Source: Patescibacteria group bacterium
GTDB lineage: Bacteria; Patescibacteriota; Microgenomatia; Levybacterales; UBA12049
Direction: 5' to 3'
DNA: 64,000 nt
Assembly (NCBI GenBank): GCA_035946335.1
Contig: DASYZL010000006.1
Coordinates: 175,664 to 239,663, forward strand
In this document: piece by piece, positions 57,890-64,000 of the stretch
How positions within the stretch are numbered: the stretch's first letter is position 1
Layout: each line of letters opens with the position of its first letter
Made by a program: the position numbers and the translations under genes
The notes under the pieces: model-generated
What the model saw: only the letters and a program-made list of their open reading frames with translations
What the model was told of the DNA's origin: nothing
Database searches by the model: none

Positions 57890-58495
57890 ATGAGGAACAT
57901 ATTGGCATTTATGATGATTTCGCTGGATGGTTTTTTCGAAGGGCAAGATCACGATTTATCATGGCATAACGTAGATACTGAATTTAATGCATATGCTGCG
58001 CATATGTTACGAGAAACCGATACATTGCTGTTTGGCAGAAAAACTTACCAGTTAATGGAAAATTACTGGCCGGCAGCCAAGCCTTCTGACCAAAACGATG
58101 CTATTATTGCGGAAAAAATGAATTTGTTACCTAAAATTGTTTTTTCAAAAACACTAGAGATTATTAAAGAAAAACCACACTGGAGGCATATCCGGCTTGT
58201 CAAAGATGATAGCGCTGAAGCAGTTAAAGAGATAAAAAACAAACAGGGAAAAGGTATAACGATACTCGGTAGTTCTACATTGTGTGTAAGTCTTCTGGAA
58301 GCCGGTTTACTTGATGAACTGAGGATTATGGTCAACCCCGTTGTCATCGGCAACGGCACTCCTCTTTTCAAGGGAATACACAACAAATTGACCGTAAAGC
58401 TTTTTAGAACAAAAAATTTTCTTCAGGGAATGTTTTGTTATATTACCACCCAGTATATGCGTGAAATTATTCCTTATGGGGAAATACTATATTGA
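57890..58495 (+). CDS. Dihydrofolate reductase-like (RibD C-terminal domain) family protein
   Basis: MISLDGFFEG...LLFGRKTY...ITILGSSTL pattern of the RibD_C/DHFR fold. Confidence 0.65.
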   Translation: MRNILAFMMISLDGFFEGQDHDLSWHNVDTEFNAYAAHMLRETDTLLFGRKTYQLMENYWPAAKPSDQNDAIIAEKMNLLPKIVFSKTLEIIKEKPHWRHIRLVKDDSAEAVKEIKNKQGKGITILGSSTLCVSLLEAGLLDELRIMVNPVVIGNGTPLFKGIHNKLTVKLFRTKNFLQGMFCYITTQYMREIIPYGEILY

Positions 58496-58972
58496 TAAAA
58501 TGGCAACACCAACAACGGTCAGTAAAATACCAAGTACCTTTAAAAGCGTTATTGGTTCTTTAAGAAAAATTATTGATAAGATTACGGCAACAACAACATA
58601 TCCCGTTGAAACAGGAGCAGCAACACTCACTGGAAGCTTGGAAACAGCCAATACATAGACGAATGACCCAAGAGAAAAAAAGAGACCTACTAAAAGAGCT
58701 AACGGCGCAGAGGCAACAGGGATGTGCAAGTTTTTTTGCACAAATAATAATGCCGGTACCGAAATGGCAAACATTCCAAATGCAGTTATCACTTCCAACT
58801 GGTATGGGCTCACTTTATTCATAACAAACTTCTGTAAAAATGATCCAATGCCAACGGCAAAAATATACGTTGCCAAAAAAAGGAATCCCCAAAGTTTATC
58901 CATAAGGAAAGGATAGCAAAAAAGGGAATTTTCAACAAGGAATATATAGCATAAGCAATGCAGCAAGAACAA
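58487..58972 (-). CDS. EamA/DMT-family small membrane transporter (4-5 TM)
   Basis: EamA-like ending ...ILSIIFLKEPITLLKVLGILLTVVG. The real start may be the internal MDKLW. Confidence 0.55.
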   Translation of the reverse strand: MFLLHCLCYIFLVENSLFCYPFLMDKLWGFLFLATYIFAVGIGSFLQKFVMNKVSPYQLEVITAFGMFAISVPALLFVQKNLHIPVASAPLALLVGLFFSLGSFVYVLAVSKLPVSVAAPVSTGYVVVAVILSIIFLKEPITLLKVLGILLTVVGVAILSI

Positions 58973-59140
58973 TACGCTTCAAGATATTCACATTACATTT
59001 TTCTATTTAGAGAGTATTCTTGTTCGTGAATGCATTTGGCAAAATTGTATCCCCAAAAAATGCTATCAGGCTTACACTTCTCTTACAAAAATATCCATTT
59101 CTTATTACACAATTCTTAACCGTTTTTCCGTACTATCATT

Positions 59141-59632
59141 GTGAATTATAAGGTAATTCAGAAAGGAGGTGAAAAAGCACATAGGATTATGAATATTAAG
59201 AAAACAATCGTCACGACCGGACTTTCTTTACTCCTTGCGGGATCACTTGCGGGAGCTCCGATGGCCTTAGCAGATGGAAACGGGTATAGTCCCTATAACA
59301 CAGGGTTTGGATATGGCATGCCAATGTCCTATTCCTATAATTATTTGTACAACCCGCTCAAATTACGAGAGACTAATCAAAGTCTTAACGTATCGTATGC
59401 AAGTGCGTTTAATACAAGCACATCGTTTGCTCAGCAGTTCCAGCTTTCTGTCACAAAATCAATGGACTCGCTTATGCAAAATTTTGCGAGTATGTTTGGG
59501 CAAGGGGTAAATGGTTATGGGTTCATGCCGCTTGGTCTGTCTTTTGGTTACCCAAATTACTCAACCGGAAGCAGTCAGTATGGTGCAACTCAAAATCAGG
59601 CACAACAATTTACGGCATTAAATGGTTATTAA
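59141..59632 (+). CDS. Secreted hypothetical protein (G/Y/S/N-rich)
   Basis: Signal peptide (start probably MNIKKT) and a low-complexity mature region. Confidence 0.4.
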   Translation: MNYKVIQKGGEKAHRIMNIKKTIVTTGLSLLLAGSLAGAPMALADGNGYSPYNTGFGYGMPMSYSYNYLYNPLKLRETNQSLNVSYASAFNTSTSFAQQFQLSVTKSMDSLMQNFASMFGQGVNGYGFMPLGLSFGYPNYSTGSSQYGATQNQAQQFTALNGY

Positions 59633-59653
59633 TGTAATCGTTTCCTGCCCGGG

Positions 59654-59691
59654 CATTAAGAAACGAGTATATCGTTTCTTAATGCGTTTTT
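59654..59691 (+). terminator. Rho-independent terminator
   Basis: Perfect 12-bp stem CATTAAGAAACG-agtatat-CGTTTCTTAATG followed by CGTTTTT. Confidence 0.7.
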
Positions 59692-59961
59692 AGTAAACAA
59701 AATTACTGCAAGTATACGTCTTATTTTTTTATATACCCGTTCGCTTTGCAGGAAATATTTTTTATAGTTGAAAAAGGTGACATAGGAATTGTTATATTAT
59801 AGCAACATTCTTCATCTTGCAATTTTTCCCCAGCTTTTCTATGATATTTTTGTGCCGTCGTTTCTTGCAGGACTAATTACAATTTTGGTGCGGTTTGACT
59901 GGCTTCTTTTTCTTTTCATTTTTGCTTCAACCATTGTCAATATCGAAAGGAGGTGGAAGGA

Positions 59962-60129
59962 ATGAATGCAAAAATGAAATCATGTTTTACCCCGCATATT
60001 ATGATGCATAGTCTTGTAGGTTTGGGACTTGGTATTCTCTTGGTATCACTTATACCAGGACTTGCTTTATGGTGGCTGGGGCTATTATTGATAATTGCCG
60101 GTGTCGTTTGGGACATGACAAGGAAGTAA
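59962..60129 (+). CDS. Small membrane protein (55 aa)
   Basis: RBS GAAAGGAGGTGGAAGGaATG, with a single hydrophobic hairpin. Confidence 0.4.
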   Translation: MNAKMKSCFTPHIMMHSLVGLGLGILLVSLIPGLALWWLGLLLIIAGVVWDMTRK

Positions 60130-60229
60130 GCGGAAATTATTTAAAAAGCTTTTAAGTGTACCCTTCGAATGTGTTGTGGTGTTGGTATATTTTTTTCTAG
60201 ATGTATTCTTTTTATACATGCTAATTTAG

Positions 60230-60831
60230 GTTTTTAAACGTTGAGACTGTTATTACATAATTCTCCTGAAAAGAAATTCCTGCAGCAGAGGCAAATGCTT
60301 CACTAAATTCTGCAATTGATTCATAACGATCTTCCGGCTTTTTTGCGAGTGCTTTCATGACTACTTTTGCCACTTCTTTACCATTCTCAGACACCTTATA
60401 CAGTAATTCTTGTTGTTCTAATTTTTCTTCTATTGATGGAGGAGAACATGTTGCATGTGCATGGCAACGCCGTTACCAGAAAAAGGTTTTTCGGCACAGG
60501 TAAGCATCTAACATGCCATAATTACTGGTGCATACTGGTCGGTAACTGGACAAGCAACACCTGTAGTCGCATATTTTGGAGCCATATATGCGTTCGTAAA
60601 TTTAGCAGCCTGCGTACCTACATAAGATGCGTCAAGTGGTAGAATTTTTATGACACGGGGAAATCCGTATCTGTCTCTCCTGAGAGTTGTTTTTGGATCA
60701 GGAAAATTATTGTTTTGTATGACATCGCTGGTTTGTTTTTGAGGCAACAAACCAAGGTCGAGATTATATCCATTACGTTCACGTAAAAAGTTGTATGAAG
60801 GGAGTTTAGTGTAAAAATTACTATAAGTCAA
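60230..60831 (-). pseudogene. Ser/Thr protein kinase remnant (frameshifted and N-terminally truncated, with degenerate motifs)
   Basis: One frame contains a YMAPKYATTG activation-segment/APE-like motif. A second frame continues with the kinase C-lobe end VVMKALAKKPEDRYESIAEF. There is no Gly-loop or VAIK, and the catalytic loop is degenerate. Confidence 0.4.
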
Positions 60832-60918
60832 TTTATTCCTGTAAATTTCCTGAGACCCTTACCATTTTCTTGCTATTTTTCTACAAAAGCAGGACATTAT
60901 ACGTGCTATAATTAATCA

Positions 60919-61236
60919 ATGCTGATAGGACTTGTACTTATTCTTATTGTTTTCTGGTTCTTCGGGTATATTCACGTATCGGGACTTATGATTCCTGACA
61001 CAACACTTCTTGTTATAAACAACCAGTCTGTTACATTGTGGACTGTCCTTACATTGCTTGTTATTGCAGTCATTATTGGCATACTTCCTCGGCCATTCCG
61101 TGAAATTGCATCGGTTATCTTCATTTTGTGGATACTATCCGTATTGGGAGTTTTTGTTATAGCAGGACTATCAAGTTTACTGGTCATTGCAATTATCATT
61201 GGTTTGCTGATCTATATTTTTAGCGGAGCTTGGTAA
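60919..61236 (+). CDS. Small polytopic membrane protein
   Basis: 105-aa hydrophobic ORF. Confidence 0.4.
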   Translation: MLIGLVLILIVFWFFGYIHVSGLMIPDTTLLVINNQSVTLWTVLTLLVIAVIIGILPRPFREIASVIFILWILSVLGVFVIAGLSSLLVIAIIIGLLIYIFSGAW

Positions 61237-61307
61237 ATAATGACAATAAGTTATTATCATTGTTCTAAAGAACAACCTAGTTCTTGTTTTTTAAAGGAAA
61301 ATATTTT

Positions 61308-61811
61308 ATGCTAGGAATTATGTACCGGTTACTCTTACGTTTCCTTCCCTCGTCACCTATTAGCGCACATTGTGATATTCCGTGCGGCATTTACGATCCG
61401 CATGCAGCGCAGGTTGCTGCGCATACAGTTATTCGCATGACTCAACTCATCGAACAATTGCATACAGAAGGGAATGATGACAAGGCAAAAAAACTGTTCT
61501 TTCACCAACTGAGCCGCTATACAGCAGTAAAAGAAGAACATGCAGAAACGGTTAAGCGGGAGGTACGAGTTATTTGGGGAGATTATTTCAAAGAGGAACA
61601 TCTCAAAACATATCCGCAACTACATGAAAAGGTCTTCCAGATTATGAAACTTACATCAAAAACACGTCAAAGTATTGATATGGAAAGCGCGCAACAGCTA
61701 CTTGCCGCTGTACAGGAATTTGCGGAAATTTTCTGGAAAACAAAAGGAAGAGAAACAGTACATATTACATCTCCTTACCCAACAGAGGGAGAACTTGTTT
61801 TGCCGAAGTAA
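61308..61811 (+). CDS. sodN: Nickel superoxide dismutase precursor SodN
   Basis: A 20-aa propeptide is followed by HCDIPCGIYDP, the Ni-hook N-terminus exposed after cleavage. RBS AAAGGAAAatattttATG. Confidence 0.8.
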   Translation: MLGIMYRLLLRFLPSSPISAHCDIPCGIYDPHAAQVAAHTVIRMTQLIEQLHTEGNDDKAKKLFFHQLSRYTAVKEEHAETVKREVRVIWGDYFKEEHLKTYPQLHEKVFQIMKLTSKTRQSIDMESAQQLLAAVQEFAEIFWKTKGRETVHITSPYPTEGELVLPK

Positions 61812-61815
61812 GTTC

Positions 61816-62181
61816 GTGAAACGCTTATTCCATATCCTGTTTTTTTCAATTTCTCCATTTGTCTCTTTCACTATTACCGGAAAGAGCATGATACCTACAA
61901 TTACTCCTGGCGATCGGGTTATAGTCAGAAAGCGGTGGTTTTTTTGCTCATTACATGTGAATGATATAGTCGCGTTATCTGATCCAAGAAACGGAAAGTC
62001 AATTCTCAAAAGGATAAAAAAAATAAAACAGCCTGTACGCGATGGGAAATGTATCTTCTGGTCAAGAAAAAATGACTGCATGTATTTTGTCCTAGGTGAT
62101 AATCCTGACGAGAGCACTGACAGCAGGATATTCGGGTGGATTAGTCAAGAAAACGTTATTGGCAAAGTATCTTACTACTGA
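61816..62181 (+). CDS. sodX: S26-family signal-peptidase-like Ni-SOD maturation protease SodX
   Basis: GKSMIPTITPGDRVIV (peptidase S26 Ser box) and a GDNPDESTDSR box. Immediately downstream of sodN. GTG start. Confidence 0.65.
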   Translation: MKRLFHILFFSISPFVSFTITGKSMIPTITPGDRVIVRKRWFFCSLHVNDIVALSDPRNGKSILKRIKKIKQPVRDGKCIFWSRKNDCMYFVLGDNPDESTDSRIFGWISQENVIGKVSYY

Positions 62182-62255
62182 ACGCTGGAAATACCATGAA
62201 GTGTATCAAGCAGTTTTGTAACTTTTTTTACTCTATGATAGAGTACATATGTACT

Positions 62256-64000
62256 ATGTCTATCGCTCGCCGATCAGTTGTCGCATTCCTTGTTAGCATT
62301 CTTTTTCTTACCTTCCAGTTTCCCATACCTTTCTTCCAGCAGTATTACCAGGTAAAACGGTTCATTGAAGGAGCAAGTTGTAATAATACAGGCGTTACAA
62401 AAAATGCAGATGGGACATATTCATTCGCACAGCTTCATGTAGATAGTCAGGGAAATATCGTTGATTCGCAAGGTTGCCTCATTCATCTTCTCGGTCTTAA
62501 TCAAGGCTGGCTTGCCTCGGGTGGAGGAGGCTATGATACTGCTGCACAAATTAATTCATTTCACCAAGTAATACCATATAATCTTATTCGCTTAAATTAT
62601 AACTCCTACTGGTGGAACACAAATGTCCAAGTTCCCGGATATAATAATCTGCCTTTTCAGCAAGTTTTAAAGCAGGCGGTTAGTGAAGCTGAAAAAGCAG
62701 GAGTATATATTGAACTTGACACTGGACCTCAACATACAGAACCTCCTTGCGGGGGGACTGTTACATTTTGCAGCTCTCAAAATCAGGCAGCAAAGGATTA
62801 TGCGGCAAATCCGAGCTCCCAAATAGCCCAAGAGATGCCTTCGTATCCTCCGCCCGGAGACCAATCGATCACTGACTTAACCAAACTGTACGCAAATGAT
62901 CCGGCAGTTATCTTTGACGTCTGGAATGAACCAGGAGATGGCAATTTTTCCCAACTACTTCCGGATTCACAATATTTTCCCGCTATGCAAAACAGAATCA
63001 ACATTGTTAATACGAACGCACCGAATTCACTTGTAATGGTCTACTCTCACAGCATGCCGTCAATGGTCAGCGGACAGGTAAAACCCTATACAGGACACAA
63101 TATTATCATTGACCATCATGCATACAGCCCAACGCAAACCGTTGCCCAGCACGTTCCTGATATACAATTTGACCAAAAAAATGGCTGGGGGTCAATTATT
63201 AACGAGTATGGTGGAACCATGCTTATCTCTGGCGAACAGCAAGTAATGACAACACTCGCACAGCAATATGATGTCGGTCTAGCTTTCTTTACCGCCAGCA
63301 ACTTGGAGAGTTCCCATACTATTCCCATTTCGTTAAACAGTCTTGGACAGTTGGTAAGTCAAAGCTACAAAAGTGTTTTTGGTTCTTCCTCCCCCCTCCC
63401 CAGCACTACACCTCTGCCTACCAGTGGAGGGACTCTCCCAGCAGGAAGTACTCCGGTAAGTATCTCGGTAGGGTTACAGGATATAGGGAATGGAGGAGAT
63501 ATCAGTACAGGCAGTACCACAGGGGGAAACCAGCATCCTACGCATCCGCAACGGGATGTCAGCGTGCTCTTTGTGGACGGGAGTGGAAATCAGACACCAG
63601 TCAATGGCACCATACGGTATGACAGTACCTCAGGACTGTTCACAGGAACCCTTGCTGGTTCCTCTCTGAGTACCGGAACCTATGCTGTGTATGTCAAGTC
63701 TTCAGGCTATTTGCAGAAGCAGCTTCCTACGCAGGTCACGGTGAGTAGCGGAAGTACTATAACCATTCCCACCATTTCTCTGGTTACCGGAGATATTACC
63801 AGTGCAAATGCACTGGATTTGAGTAGCTACAATGCCTTAGTCAGTTGCTTTGGTCTGAGTGATACCCAGACCAGCAGTGCCTGTCCGAATCCACCGCTTG
63901 CAGATTTGAATGATGATGGAGTGATTGATGGTATAGACTACAATATCTTCCTCCGCACCATTGGAAAAGTACAGACAGGAGATACCCCGCCAGGCAGTAC
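62256..64000 (+). CDS. Secreted glycoside hydrolase family 5-like protein with a C-terminal dockerin-like segment (3' end outside the window)
   Basis: Signal peptide, and IFDVWNEPGDG (the GH5 NEP catalytic acid region). The C-terminal ADLNDDGVIDGIDYNIFLRTIG is dockerin-like. The ORF is open to the window end. Confidence 0.6.
   Translation, partial: MSIARRSVVAFLVSILFLTFQFPIPFFQQYYQVKRFIEGASCNNTGVTKNADGTYSFAQLHVDSQGNIVDSQGCLIHLLGLNQGWLASGGGGYDTAAQINSFHQVIPYNLIRLNYNSYWWNTNVQVPGYNNLPFQQVLKQAVSEAEKAGVYIELDTGPQHTEPPCGGTVTFCSSQNQAAKDYAANPSSQIAQEMPSYPPPGDQSITDLTKLYANDPAVIFDVWNEPGDGNFSQLLPDSQYFPAMQNRINIVNTNAPNSLVMVYSHSMPSMVSGQVKPYTGHNIIIDHHAYSPTQTVAQHVPDIQFDQKNGWGSIINEYGGTMLISGEQQVMTTLAQQYDVGLAFFTASNLESSHTIPISLNSLGQLVSQSYKSVFGSSSPLPSTTPLPTSGGTLPAGSTPVSISVGLQDIGNGGDISTGSTTGGNQHPTHPQRDVSVLFVDGSGNQTPVNGTIRYDSTSGLFTGTLAGSSLSTGTYAVYVKSSGYLQKQLPTQVTVSSGSTITIPTISLVTGDITSANALDLSSYNALVSCFGLSDTQTSSACPNPPLADLNDDGVIDGIDYNIFLRTIGKVQTGDTPPGS

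Noticed and set aside
58895-58925. Apparent one-base discrepancy in an A-run between my reading of the displayed sequence and the 161-aa track ORF for the EamA gene
   Set aside because: This is most likely my own miscount of a homopolymer while reading by eye, so I kept the track coordinates.
1-64000. CRISPR arrays, rRNA genes, tmRNA, RNase P RNA, SRP RNA
   Set aside because: I scanned the intergenic stretches by eye for regularly spaced direct repeats or hallmark conserved motifs and found none. The only repeat-rich intergenic regions (37700..38175 and 39592..39880) lack CRISPR periodicity.

Overview
This window is mostly bacterial chromosome. Several genes are short versions of their usual forms (NusA 327 aa, IF-2 471 aa, RpoD 360 aa) and GC content is roughly 40-45 %. 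By inference this fits a small-genome lineage, possibly Candidate Phyla Radiation (Patescibacteria).

The left ~26 kb is a conserved housekeeping backbone: mltG (5' partial), DUF948 and YtxH-like proteins, rodZ, ftsK, RNase J, pnp, rpsO, a degenerate DHH-like ORF, infB, nusA, uppP, lon, a PRC/MgtE-N/CBS protein with an Nramp transporter, a membrane-anchored ClpC-like ATPase, a GH18-like protein, dnaG and rpoD.

At 25917..26206 sits a tRNA-Asn(GUU) gene interrupted in its anticodon loop by a 218-nt group I intron. The P1 helix and the R/S core elements are recognisable by eye. Directly abutting the tRNA 3' end is a ~13.6 kb AT-richer integrated element (about 26195..39880). It encodes a frameshift-split large serine recombinase, a small resolvase, a methyltransferase, a PIN and HNH gene pair, a second HNH endonuclease with N-terminal HNH repeats, and XRE regulators with paired CAAAC-N5-GTTTG operators. 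It also carries a three-gene operon of unknown function, a ~480-bp ORF-free hairpin-rich region, and a T7-like family-A DNA-polymerase-like gene whose motif A (E to Q) and motif C (HDE to HDG) are altered.

The right third contains an NHL-repeat surface protein, an ABC exporter followed by paralogous very basic small-peptide genes, and an apparent envelope methionine-sulfoxide-repair module (a Met-rich membrane protein, a CcdA-thioredoxin fusion and an anchored MsrB). It also contains a MacAB-like efflux system, cell-wall enzymes, a degraded Ser/Thr kinase remnant, a Ni-superoxide dismutase with its SodX protease, and a 3'-truncated GH5 hydrolase with a dockerin-like tail.

No rRNA genes or CRISPR arrays were seen.
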